Shown in pieces: positions 1 through 11,736 of a stretch of 39,138 nucleotides of DNA. A program made the position numbers and the translations under genes. This stretch comes from Jimgerdemannia flammicorona. Taxonomy: Eukaryota. The notes beneath the pieces are model-generated. The model did not search any database. It saw nothing but the letters and a program-made list of their open reading frames with translations, and was not told the DNA's origin. Every line of letters starts with the position of its first letter. Position 1 is the stretch's first letter. The stretch covers positions 1 through 39,138 of the forward strand of contig RBNJ01000151.1 of assembly GCA_003990765.1 (NCBI GenBank). Reading direction: 5' to 3'.

Positions 1-1
1 T

Positions 2-3000
2 GTGATCCCCACCACAATGATCAATCGAAACACACCTCAGCCAAAAGCTATAGAGCAACAAAAGAACAGTGACTCTATGGAGGAACTCACCAAAAGGTTT
101 GCTGAAATGACTGCCCACCTGGGAGATGTGGTAAAGGAAATCTGAGGAAGAGATCACCACCCTGTTCAGAAGTTTGCTGCCACCTCAGATAAGAAAAAAG
201 GTACCTGCTATAGCTGCGGAGAAGAAGGCCACTACTCCTACGAATGTATAAGTGAAACTAAATACAAGGCTCAACCAAGCAATGCCACATGAAACAAGAA
301 GCAGGCCAATACAATCACCTTTGAAAAAATCGGAGAATCCAATGAAGAGGAATAGGAGGCCTATCCTGCTCAGACCACCAAGAAGGATGCTCACAAAGAA
401 CCCTACAAGAGACCACCAAGAAGACCCAAGAAGAACCCAGTGGAAAAGTGGATGGAAACTGCTACAGAAAGCCAAGCCGAAGAGATGGACCAAGATATCG
501 AGCTGGAGCAAGCAGTTCAAGATATCATCCAAGGAACCACTCCAACCAGTGAAGGAGAAAAAGTAAAGAAGCTTTACAAGACCAAGACCTTCAAGTATGA
601 TATCTTCAAGGATCTCAGTCAACAAAAGGTCAATGCAACCTTTGGTCAGCTTACAGAAATCTCAACATTCAGACAGCAAATGAGGTTTGGACTTGCCAAA
701 ACAACCAAGGAACAAGGATGGAAGATAACTGAGGCCAATAATGTTCAAGAGGACTCAGGAGAAGAAAGTGAGGACAATCACAAAACCTCTGCTTATGTAA
801 CATGCCAAATTGAAGATAGAACCTTTGAAGCCATCATTGATATGAGAGCAGGAGAATGTCTTCTCAGTAAGAAGGCAGCAGACTGCCTAGGTTGGGATGT
901 GGAAGAAGCAACTAAGCTAGTATTCATCACAGCTGATAGTACAAGAGCCACACCTCTGGGAAAGATCCGAGATGTTTCCATCAAGATCGGAGGAGCAACA
1001 ATCTCAGTAGATGTAATTGTAACCAATGCCACCAACTATGATATCCTCATTGGCAATCAATGGCTTCACAAAGCCAAGGCGGTAATCGATCTCAATGCTC
1101 AGAAGATGCAGATCACCTACTGGGAACAGAAGATATGAATTCCCATCAATGTCAACAAAGGAGTCCTGCCTGATATGGAGGAAGAAGAGAGTGAGCAAGA
1201 GGAAGCTTATATGGTGACTACTCCTAAGAAGAAGAAAGTTGGATGGATGAGTGAAGAAGAATGGTGCAAGAAGATTGCAGAAGGTTATGCCCCACAAGGA
1301 GTCTGTCCTCATGGGATCAAGATGTACTGTATGGAGCATGTCAATGATTGCTACCAGTGCACCATCAGAACCAAGAAGATCTACCAGGAAAGAAGGCAGA
1401 AAGCTCTCGAAAAACAGATCAGGGAAGAAGAGAAGGAGGAAGATGATGAACCACCAGCCCTCCTGGAGGACAGTGATGATGAAGAAGAAATCAAGGTCAA
1501 GATTCAAAAGATCCACCCTGATGCAGTTTTGCCAGAATATAAGTCAGAAAACACAGCCAGAATGGACATCGCTACAGTAGAAGAAACTGTACTTGAACCC
1601 CAGACAACCACCCTACTCGCAACTGGACTAGAGATGACTATCCCAAAGAATCATGTTGGGATTCTCAAGACAAGAAGCAGCCTGGCTAGAAGCGAAATCA
1701 CAATCGAAGGAGGAGTCATTGATTCAGACTATACTGGAGAAATTCTACTCATTGCTAGGAACCACAATCCTACAATTCCATACCCAGTCAAGAAGAAGGA
1801 CTAATTGGCACAGATGCTGATCTTCCCAATCATACAGCTAAGGATCATAGAAGTCAAGAATCTGGAGAAAATGAAAAGAGGAAAGAAAGGATTTGGATCC
1901 ACAGGAAGAGAAGTATTCGCCAGCACCAAGATCACTGAACTCAAGCATAAGAAGGACAAAAACATGAGCAAGCACAGTTACACCATTGGAGACGAATTTC
2001 CACTCAAAGAGGAACTCAAGAAAATACTCCACAAATTTAAGGATATCCTTACCATAGATTTCAAGAATATCAAGAGAAAGACCCCATACTACTATCACAA
2101 GGTAGATACTGGAGACACCAAACCAATTTATCAGAAGGCAAGACCTGTCCTGCCAGCCTACCGAGAATGGCTCAGAGAAGAAATCAAGCAGATGGAAGAA
2201 GCCAGCATCATCAAAGAAGCCAGCAGCCCCTGGTCTTCACCAGTTGTACTAGCCCCGAAAAAAGAAAGCAAACCTGGAGAATTTGCCCCAAGGCTCTATG
2301 TCGACTACAGAAAGCTCAATGCAGTTACCAAGAAGGATCACCAACCACTGCCACTCATCAGTAATATCCTTATAATACTGGAAGATGAAGCAGAGTACTA
2401 CAGCACCTTGGACTTATACTCAGGATTTCACCAAATTGGACTCACAGAGATGGCAAGTGAAAAGTCAGCCTTCATCACCCCAGATGAAACCTATATCTAC
2501 CTACAAATGCCATTCGGAATGTACAATGCACCAGCAAGCTTTCAGCAAATGATGAACAAAATCTTCCGCTATGATATGGGAAGATAGATGATGGTCTATG
2601 TCGATGATGTAATCATCTACAGCAAGACACCTGAGGAACATCTGTAGCACATACAGCAGATAATGGAGAAAATAAGACAACATGGCCTTTATATCAAACC
2701 CAAGAAGTGCAAGTTTGCAGAAATTGAGATCTCCTATCTTAGCCATATTATCAATCGAGATGGAATACACATGGACCCCCTCAAAATACAAGCAGTAGCA
2801 GCATACCCAAGGCCCACTACTGTTACAGAAGGCTAAGCCTTCATGGGACTTGCCTCCTACTATTGCAGATTTATTAGAGGATTCTCTAACATCACAGGTC
2901 TAATCTACGAACTCAACAAGAAGGATACCAAGTTCCAGTAGACTGGCAGACAACAAAAAGCATTTGATGAACTCAAGATCAGACTAACTCAGACATCCAT

Positions 3001-3427
3001 CCTCAGACGACCCAATTGGACCCAAGAATTTATCCTTCAGATGGATGCAAGTGCACAGGGACTAGGAGCAGTCCTAGCTCAAAAAGAAGACAAAAAAGAG
3101 TATGTCATTGCATATCTTAGCCATAGAACCTAAGGGGCTGAAAAAGAATACAAGTCCTACAAGTTGGAATGCTTTGCAGTCATCTGGGCTGTGGAAAAGT
3201 TCCACTACTATCTGGCCGGAAGACATTTCACCATCCAGACAGACCACTCAGCTCTCACCTGGCTACTGACAACTGGACAACTCAAGGGAATCTATGCCAG
3301 ATGGATAATGAAGTTACAAGCCTATGATGTAACCATCATACACCGCCCTGGAAGAACAAATTCCAATGCAGATGCTCTCTCACGGATATCTCGAACTACC
3401 TCCAACCAACAAATCAATCATAAATAA
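2..3427 (+). pseudogene. gag-pol polyprotein (NC, aspartic protease, Cys/His module, dUTPase, RT, RNase H), broken by in-frame stops
   Basis: ORF pieces at 440, 1175, 1805 and 3164 and the zinc knuckle share one frame, separated by TGA/TAG/TAA. The protease site is degraded to IIDMRA. RT motifs SPWSSPVVLAPKK, DYRKLN, MPFG and YVDD, and the RH end NADALSR, are present. Confidence 0.92.
1490..1904 (+). other. trimeric dUTPase domain between protease and RT
   Basis: Motifs ARMDI, RSSLA, GGVIDSDYTGEI, (*)LAQML and RGKKGFGSTG are in the canonical I-V order. Confidence 0.92.
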
Positions 3428-4600
3428 GGAGCTCTACTATAGAATTATCACATACCTGGGACAGTGAAAGATGCCCCAACATCTGGAAGAATGGATATAA
3501 ATGATTATCAACAGGACATGGAAATAATTTGAAACTGACAGAGAAATACTGAAGAAAGGAAAACTACTGGTCATACCAGAATATAAGAAGGAGCAAGCGA
3601 TGAAATCAGTACATGAACTTGGCCATCTAGGAGGAACGAATACATATGACAAGGCAAGAAGAACAATATGGTGGCCAGGGATGGAGGAAGATATCAGACA
3701 ATTTGTCAAGACATGCAACAAATACCAGAAACAGAAACAAGACCAATGGAATCAAGCCCCAGGATCAGCACACATAGAACCAGTACCATTTGCCCATATA
3801 GCAATGGATGTAATCGGCCCTCTACCCTTGACCCTGACTGGTAACTGATACATCATTGTCATCGTAGACCTTTTTACGAAGTGGATAGAAGCAGGACCCC
3901 TCAAGGAAGCCAATGCACAGTCAATTGCTAATTTCTTCCACAAGTAAATCATCTGCCGGTTCAAGACCCCAACATAAGTAACTACAGATAGAGGAACAGA
4001 ATTCATGAACCAGCTCTTTGAGGTTCTCTACAAGAAGTACAAGATCCAGCACATTCGGACCACAGCCTATCACCCCCAAGGAAACGAACAAGTAGAAAGA
4101 ACCAACAAAACTCTCAAGAATGTTATCATCAAGATCTGTGATAACCATGAGAACTGGGATCACTATCTGCCAATAGCATTATCTGCTCTCTGGGATATCC
4201 GATCACAAAGCACCCACTTTACCCCTTGAGAAATGCTGTTCAGAGAAGAATGTTCTCAAGAAACCCTATCATCCAATGGAGATGCTGTATGGAAACATAT
4301 GGACATGGAAATACGGAGACTACACCAAATCAGGAAGAAGGCTGAGGATTACATAACCAAGGCACAGACACTATAACAGAGGAATACGGAAAAGACCCAC
4401 AAGCCCTTGGAGATTATCAAGATAGGAGACAAGGTCCTGGTGTATTGGAACATGGTAGAAGCTTCATGGTCACAAAAACTGGAGCCTAAGTGGGAAGGAC
4501 CTTACCTTGTACAAGATATAAAAGGGACCACCTTTTGGCTACGAAAACCCTCAGACACAATAATCTCCACCACCATTCACTAAAACTGATTCAAGAAATA
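3420..4600 (+). pseudogene. retroviral-type integrase (HHCC, DDE core, GPY/F tail), disrupted
   Basis: HELGHLGG...WWPGMEEDIRQFVKTC, AMDVIGPLP, TDRGTEF, YHPQGNEQVERTN and KLEPKWEGPY; no chromodomain seen. Confidence 0.9.
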
Positions 4601-4602
4601 TC

Positions 4603-5064
4603 ATGGCCAGTAACAAAAGTACTGCGATGGCACTCAAGATTACTAGTGCTGCCCAAAGAGCCATCGAAAGACAATGGCACACTACCGAGCCTCCGACCAT
4701 AGAGACATACTATGAGGATATTCAGAGTATTGTGCAGACTCATCTCTCTTGGATCTCACACTTTAGAGCCTATCAATATCGGGCAGAATTCCAAGAGTAC
4801 TTCAAGCTTGGACAAGTACTCAATTAGGATCCAGCAAAGACCAAAGAGGACTGGATCGCCAAGTATCAACTCTCCCACTCACAGATTACTATCGCCAAAA
4901 GGATCCACAAGTTATTCTGAGAAGATGAACTAGTGATAGACCACCTGAGAGGAGTAACCCCAACTGACTTCGAGAAAGTGAGAAGACATCATTGGGAAAC
5001 AGTCATACAGCAAATTGCACAGTACAAGACCATACAGATGGTTGAAGCATGGGAGTTTGAATAG
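4603..5064 (+). pseudogene. additional ~153-aa ORF between integrase and PPT, unknown function
   Basis: ATG at 4603; the frame reads on through only two stops (TAG 4825, TGA 4918) to TAG 5062. Confidence 0.65.
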
Positions 5065-5091
5065 ATGCCTCAGAGACGAGACCATCTATTC

Positions 5092-5100
5092 AGGAGGAAG
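5092..5100 (+). other. polypurine tract of element 1
   Basis: AGGAGGAAG, 1 nt before the LTR TG. Confidence 0.75.
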
Positions 5101-5101
5101 T

Positions 5102-5579
5102 TGTGATAGTATAGCCGAATTAAGAAGAAGGAAATAGGGAATAGATACTTGATCGCATCCAGTCCCAAAGTAGTATAGCCTTATAGTTAGTAGTCCTCGA
5201 TTTCAACATTGTCTAAATTCTTAGATATTGTCTAAATTCTTAGACATTATCCAAATCGAATGTCTCGATTTAGTATAGCATTTAGACATTGTCCAAATAT
5301 TTTGACAAAGTCCAAATGACTCATCTATTACTTAGTCACCCTCTCATAGCTAGCAAACTTGTATAAATAACCTAATATCTTCGAGTGAATAAACCTCAGA
5401 TTGAAATAGTTCAAAGCAAAGAGATAGCAAAGGAACTAGTAAGCCTGTGGGCAGATACACTTCGAACTCACCCACCCTTCCCTACAACTTCAAGAAGACT
5501 CTGTGAGAGTCAGAACGGTCAAGTTTTCAAGATACAGAAATCTGACATACTTTCAAGAGTAAGCATCTGCTACGTTACA
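5102..5579 (+). repeat. 3' LTR of element 1 (478 bp)
   Basis: TGTGATAGTA...TACGTTACA ends, TATAAATA near 5362, AATAAA at 5388; similarity to the copy at 38931 starts exactly at the TG. Confidence 0.85.
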
Positions 5580-5886
5580 ATATAGATAATTGTAGAGTTG
5601 TTCTTATTTATGGATTTTTTTTTAATAACTATCTAAGAATAGTATTAAAAAAGTAGACAGCTTATATTTTATTTACAATCTATTATTATTGACTATATTT
5701 TACTTCTATAGTATTTAGGAAGAATTTCCAGTCTTATAGTAAATACTTCAAGATCTTCTTTTCTATTATTATAGAATTATAGATTCTTAAACTTAATTCT
5801 GGCTTTAGTAATATAGGCAGAGCTACAGAACTATTGAATAATTAGCTTCTTTAGATCTATAGTAGCTGAGTAGACTTTATAGTTAG

Positions 5887-7937
5887 TATAAGAGGGTTAC
5901 TTTTTAGGGTAACCATTACATAGTTCTGGAAGAGTTTTTGGAAGTTCTGGGTATTCTGGAAGACTGTTTTCTTATGGTCAAGATCAATTTTGTATGGAGT
6001 ACGTCCTCTACGCTTATTGATTTCAAGATCAGGTTGATATCTCAACCAAAGTCCTTTTTTGGACTAGTTCTGGATGTTCAGGATTTTCCATATTTCAAGA
6101 AGTTCAAGAAACTAAGACCAGCTTAGTTGAATTGGCGTATTGCTGCAGACAATACCCAATTAGGCAATTTCGTGATGGGGTTAGGAGTAGGACCTAACAG
6201 GAAGCAGATTTACTTAAGAGTGGTTTGTGGGTTATAGAATAGGTTTATTTGCTATTCATGATATTGCTATACTAGGAGTATTTGTGTGAAGAGATATTGT
6301 GGGGAGGTATTCAGGAATGTTTGAGTCTGAGATTCTGAGGTCTGGGGGAGGGGATATTTATACTAGTAAGGGGCTATCTGAACTATACTAGATATGGATG
6401 TAGCACTAAGTGCCTTGCTGAGTCGGAATGCAGTCACATAGTACAAGTGTGATCTAATATATCAAGAGATCATCTGCCTGCTGAGTCAGTTCACAGTCAC
6501 GTCGTACAAGGCTAATCTAACTATATTATGACTACTAGGCTATTTATGGGTTTTAGGCGCTGTCTGGGTAATCTTCGATGATATCACCATTGATTGCATC
6601 ATCTCTGATGAAGTAGTTGTCTAGGAATAATGGTTCGCGGATTACTTCTCCTTGTTTGCTGAGGTAATAATACATTGGAACTTCGTCTCTGTCCCACAGG
6701 ATAGCATCGTCTGTCTCGTATGCTGGATAAGGTATTGGTGGGCAAAGGATGGGTGTATTGTCTTCACTTTCATTGGATTCACTATCTGCATACCTTCTAT
6801 AGGTTACAGCACTATGAGTCGCAGGGTTATAGTAAGCTGGTGGCTGTGGTTCATGTCGCTCATACTCAGGTAGTAGAGGGGTTGGTTTGATCTCGAGGGT
6901 TGTCTGGAGGTACAGGTTGTATTCTCCAGTCTCTTCATTGTAGTTGAAGTAATCGGGGGTAAATGCAGGTTGGTATTCATGCCAGTGGTCATTGTCCCAA
7001 TAAGTCTCGTATGCTGTTATGAATTGTTGTAAGTTCATTGATAAGGTTGGCAGAGTGATCAGGGTTGGCAGAGATCCTTGGCTAGAGGTCATGTCAGCAT
7101 CAGAGGGATCATTGTCTTCTGCTTCATCTTCATCAAAGTGGATTATATCGTAGATGTCCTTCATGGCATATCCAACTTGGGGCATTTGCAGGATATGATC
7201 ATTGGGGTGTGGGAAGGTTCTGTCTGTGGTTTCGACATACTTGAGGTACTTGTGATTGAGTTCTTGTATCATGTCATCGATTTGGCCATAGGACAGGGTA
7301 GCAACCATTTTACTGGTAGTAACTCGGAGGCAGGGAATAATGGTACTGTACTCATAGAAGAGTACTCGATGTTTGCAGGCAATGAGCTTCTGGTGTTGAG
7401 ACATCTGGATAAGTCTGTATCGTAGTGGTGATTGACTATATCTTCCAGGAGGCGGCTGATCTGATAGTAGCTTGAGATTTGTCTGATTCGGTGGGCCTCG
7501 CTAAGCATGTTCAGGGCATTCCATCGGGCTTCCACAAAGTAGAGGGGTATCAGACTATGGATATTCATGAGGGGCAGAGGGGGTGTGGCTTGGTTGACAA
7601 TAGTATTCCAAATGTCAGCATGGATACGGTTGTAGATCTCAGTGGTCATGTTTGTATATTTGGAAGTTGTGTTTGTTGTTTGTTTTGGTTCTCTGATTCA
7701 ACATGTCTCGGTGCTCAGTATATATGCATTTGGTCCTGATTGGTAAGATTCCGTTTGTGTAATTCTTGTGTTCTGTGACTTCGTATTGACTCAACTTTGT
7801 GCACTGTGACTTTGGTTTGACTCAGCTTCGTGATCAAGCAGGTGATTTCCAGTTTTGTTCAGAGGTCATGTGTGATTTCAGTGGCTTGTTCAGAGGGTGA
7901 TGTATAATTTCAGTGGCCTGGAGGTTGTGCGCTTACA
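5887..7937 (-). repeat. 3' LTR of element 2 (2051 bp)
   Basis: Colinear with 14172-16265; preceded on the minus strand by the PPT; TATAAATA at 6362-6355 and AATAAA at 6249-6244. Confidence 0.95.
6553..7649 (-). pseudogene. LTR (U3)-encoded orphan protein, ~365 aa, with a 1-bp deletion near 7410 in this copy
   Basis: The 126-aa ORF (from 7649) and the 283-aa ORF (from 7404) join in frame when the extra base seen in the other LTR is restored. Confidence 0.8.
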
Positions 7938-7938
7938 A

Positions 7939-7950
7939 CTCTCCCCTTCT
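7939..7950 (-). other. polypurine tract of element 2
   Basis: AGAAGGGGAGAG immediately before the 3' LTR on the minus strand. Confidence 0.85.
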
Positions 7951-8094
7951 TAGCTTTCGACATCCTCATCAGGGCCTTCTAATTTTGTTCCGCTGAGTTC
8001 TTGGTTTGGTTTGCAATAATTATAATATTTGGGAGGATAATATATAGTGTATATGGATAGGTGCAGAATATTTGGTTCTAGTTGTTCAAGGAAT

Positions 8095-8250
8095 TATATT
8101 CCTGAACTAGGTCAGTAGCATTCTGGAGATTGGTCTTGGGTTCTCAGATTGCATCGTGGATCAGATAACCTTTCCATTTGACAAGGTACTCAGGGTGGTT
8201 CTTGTTACTATGTTTGTTGTAGATTTGTTCAACTTCATACTCTTCTTGGT
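8095..8250 (-). other. integrase C-terminal chromodomain
   Basis: EEYEVEQIYNKH...EYLVKWKGYLIHDAI*EPKTNLQNA. Confidence 0.9.
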
Positions 8251-11200
8251 CATTAATGATGACAGGTGCAGGTGGTTTGGTGGTCCGGTTTGGAAATAGC
8301 TCATCATCATTCTCATTGTATCACTTGAGACATTGAACATTAAAGACTGGGTGAATCTTAATGGTGTCTGGTAGCGCCAGTTTGTAGGAGGTTGGAGAGA
8401 CTTGTGCAATAACTTCAAATGGTTCAATGAACTTGCTATTCAGCTTTGTAGATGGTCTGTGCTTGAGGTTGTCAACTCGGTATCCTCTGATATCTAGTAG
8501 GACTTTTTCTCCAATATCAAAAGTTTCTTCTCAGCAGTATTGGTTAACATACTGTAACTGTTGTTCTTGAGCTCGTGATAGATTTTCCATTGCAATCTGG
8601 CTTAGATTCCGCATTCGGAGTAGGAATTCTTCAACAGCTTCGACTGTAGAGAGTTCTTCAGTGGTCCGGATAAGTGTCAAAGGGGTGTTTGGGTTTTGTC
8701 CAGTATTAGCGAAGAATGGAGTCATTCCAAGAGAGACTTGCTTGCTATTGTTGTAGGCAAACTCAACTGTGATGAGGTGTTCATGCCAATCATCTTGTCT
8801 GTAGGAAACATAGTTCCTTAGCATTTGTTCCAGAGTTCAGTTCATTCTTTCAGTTTGGCCATCAGTTTCTGGGTAAAAGGCTGTGGATAGTGCAAGTTTT
8901 GTTCCAAGGTGTGCATGGAGGGCTTTCCAAAAGTGGCTGGTGAATTTCGGATCTCGGTCACTAACAATGATCTTAGGAAGACCATGATAGCAGAAGATGT
9001 TGTCAAACAAGAGTGTGGCTATGTCTGGTGCTGTTGCAGTAGTAGTAGTAGGCACAAAGTGGGCTTGTTTGCTGAGATAGTCCACAAAGACAACAATTGC
9101 ATCTTTCCTGTTCTTGGTTTGGGGTAGTTGTACAATGGAGTCTATAGAGGTTTGTTCCCAATTTGTAGATGGTACTGGGATAGGGTGGAGTGAGCCGGGT
9201 TTTGCTAGTGTTGAGGACTTGTTTTGTTGGCAGGCATCACAGGAAGTGATATAGATTTTGAGCTGATCTGTCATGTGGGGCCAATAGAAGTTTCGGGAGA
9301 TAACTTCATAGCATTTGTCAAATCCTAAATGTCCAGCTGTAGGGGCATCATGACATTCAAATAGGATAGTCCTTCAGAGGTCTTGGTTGTTTGGGACATA
9401 CAATCTGTTCTTGTAGTAGATAGTATTGTCCTTGAGTTGGTATTGATTGTACCGGGTATGCTTGTCAGCATCATCATTGTTCAGGATTTCTTGGAGTGCT
9501 TGAGCTTCCTTATCATCAACATATGCTGCAATGATTTGTTCCATGATAGTGTTGGTAACCAAGGTCAGAGTTTGGATAACCTCTTCGATTGGTGGTCTGG
9601 AGATTGCATTGGCAACAATATTTTCCTTGCCACAGCGGTACTGGATTTCGTAGTCAAAGTTGGTAAGGACTTTCATCCATCTGGCTTGCTTTCGAGAAAG
9701 GGTAGCCTATATCTTGATGTTGACTAGTGACTTGTGGTCAGTCAATACAGTGAAGTGTGCTCCTTCTAGATATGGTCACCATTTGATCAGAGTGTCTACG
9801 ATGGCTAGCATTTCCTTCTTGTGAGTTACATAGTTGATTTCGGTATCATTGAACTTGCGGGAGTGATAGGCCACAGGGTGTCCTTCTTGCATGAGCACTG
9901 CTCTAAGAGCTAGGTCAGAGGCATCAGTAGTGACTTCATATAGTAGGGCAGAGTTTGCTGCTTGAAGTACTAGAGTGGTTATCAAGGCATCCTTCAGTGC
10001 TTGAAAGGTGGTATCTTGCTTGGATCCCCAATTTACAAGATTGTTGAAGTCTTTCTCTTATTTCATGGTCTAGAGTTGTTCTTGTTTCTTGCTGTGCTTG
10101 GTCATTTGGGTGAGAGCAGTAGTGATTTTAGCAAAGTTGGCAACAAATTGCCTGTAATAGTTTGCTAATCTCAGAAATGACTGGAGGTCTTTCAGCTTCT
10201 TGGGTCTGGGCCAATCTTTGATTGCAGAGATTTTGCTGGGGTCCACTTTGATTCCATTTAGAGTGACAATGTGTCCAAGGAATTGAATTTCTTTTAGGAG
10301 AAATTCGCATTTGCTGAGTTTTGCAAAGAGTCAGTTTTCTCAGAGTTTCAGTAGTACTAGTTCAAGATGTTCAAGATGTTCTTCCAGGGTTTTGCTGAAG
10401 ACTAGGATGTCGTCAATGTAGACAACAATGAATTTGTCTAGGTATGGGTGCAGAATAGTATTCATCAGTGCCTGGAAGGTTGCTGGAGCATTAGTTAAGC
10501 CAAAGAGCATGACCAGGAACTCGAAGTATCCATAGCGAGTTTGGAAAGCTGTCTTGTAGATGTCTTCTTCTTTCATAGTAATTTGTCAGTAACCATTTTG
10601 CAGATCAAAAGAGCTCATAAATTGTGGGTTGGTGAGCCTATCAAATATTTCATCAATCCTCGGTAGTGGGCAATAGTTCTTGATGGTCTGCTCATTGAGA
10701 TCACAGTAGTCAATGCACATTTGCAGGTCTCCTCCTTTTTTGACAATAAAGAGGACTGGTGCACCATAGGGTGATATGCTGGGTCTGATGAATCCTTGTT
10801 CTAGGAGTTTGTCAATTTCCTTCTTAAGTGCATCAATTTCTCTCAGAGATATGTGGTAGATTGACTTGAAGGCTGGTTTGGCATCTGAGATAGTCTTGAT
10901 TGCATAGTCTACTGCTCATTTAGGAGATAGGCCTTTCGGGAGTTTCTTTGGGAATATGTCTCGGAATTTCTGGAGTAGTGGTCTGACATGGCTATCAACT
11001 TTGGAAAAATCTTCTTCAGAGTTCTCGGGTTCTCCTTTGGATGGTCAGATGGAGATGGCGAAGAGAGGCATTTCTTGGCCAATTTTTTGAGTTGTAGCTT
11101 GTTGATGTGGGTAATCTTTGGTCCAGGGTCACTAGAGTTGAGTGAGTCCTTTTCGCCTTATAGTTTGAAGTTGTGGTGTCCTTTCTTGATGGTCAGAGAA

Positions 11201-11736
11201 TGGTTTATCCAATCAATCATAGGGTTCTCTTACTTTAACCATGGAGTCCCAAGGATGATTTCATTGTCAGGAAGTGGTGTGATTTGGAGGGTAACATATA
11301 CTCGGTAGTTACCAATTTGGAAGGGTAGATTGCGGACTTCTTCACTAATAACATGTGAGGTTCCATCAGCTGTAGCAACTGCTTGAGTTTGCTGTACTGG
11401 AGAGGTGAAGACCTTGAGTCTGTTGGCTGTCTCTTTATTGATAAAGTTGCTTGAGGCACCACTGTCTATCATAATCTTGACAGGTGCTCCATTGACAAAA
11501 GCCTTAAGGGTGAGCAGTTTGTCTGATCCAATGGTGGTGATTTCAGTTATAAGAGCCTTTCTTCTGTTGGTTCTTCTTTGAGTCAGTTCGTTGATACAAG
11601 AGAAGCAATCATCAATTATTCGGGAAGAGTACATTCTAATACCATGAGGGCATCGGCCACTTGGTACATATCCATCTTCAATCTTCTTGTAGAATTGTTC
11701 TTCCTTACTCATGGTAGGTTGGGCTGGGGCCTTGTT

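Larger units (their letters stand above)
1..5579 (+). mobile_element. Ty3/Gypsy LTR retrotransposon, element 1 (decayed; 5' part outside window), dUTPase-encoding
   Basis: Zn knuckle CYSCGEEGHYSYEC (206-247), protease, dUTPase, RT YVDD (2597), RNase H DASAQGLGAVL, integrase after RH (Ty3 order), PPT and a TG...CA LTR. Confidence 0.95.

Noticed and set aside
185..1516. Hydrophobic antisense ORFs (185-625, 1004-1516 and similar)
   Set aside because: They are shadows of A-rich retroelement coding on the opposite strand.
1490..1904. dUTPase as a direct countermeasure to the C>T hypermutation
   Set aside because: dUTPase removes dUTP from nucleotide pools and cannot prevent deamination of cytosine or 5mC in integrated DNA; both elements are heavily mutated anyway.
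3400..3440. Integrase as a separate ORF or programmed frameshift in element 1
   Set aside because: The frame changes after NADALSR, but the related relic at 17994-18070 reads RH into IN in one frame. A decay indel cannot be excluded without a family consensus.
5201..5316. CRISPR-like array (also 16070-16160 and 30497-30700)
   Set aside because: These are tandem units with no unique spacers, in a eukaryotic context with no cas genes.
6553..7649. LTR ORF as env, tyrosine recombinase or transposase
   Set aside because: No signal peptide, transmembrane helix or catalytic motif is recognisable.
11060..11095. Programmed frameshift between protease and RT in element 2
   Set aside because: There is no in-frame slippery heptamer; a 1-bp loss in an A run of a decayed copy is simpler.
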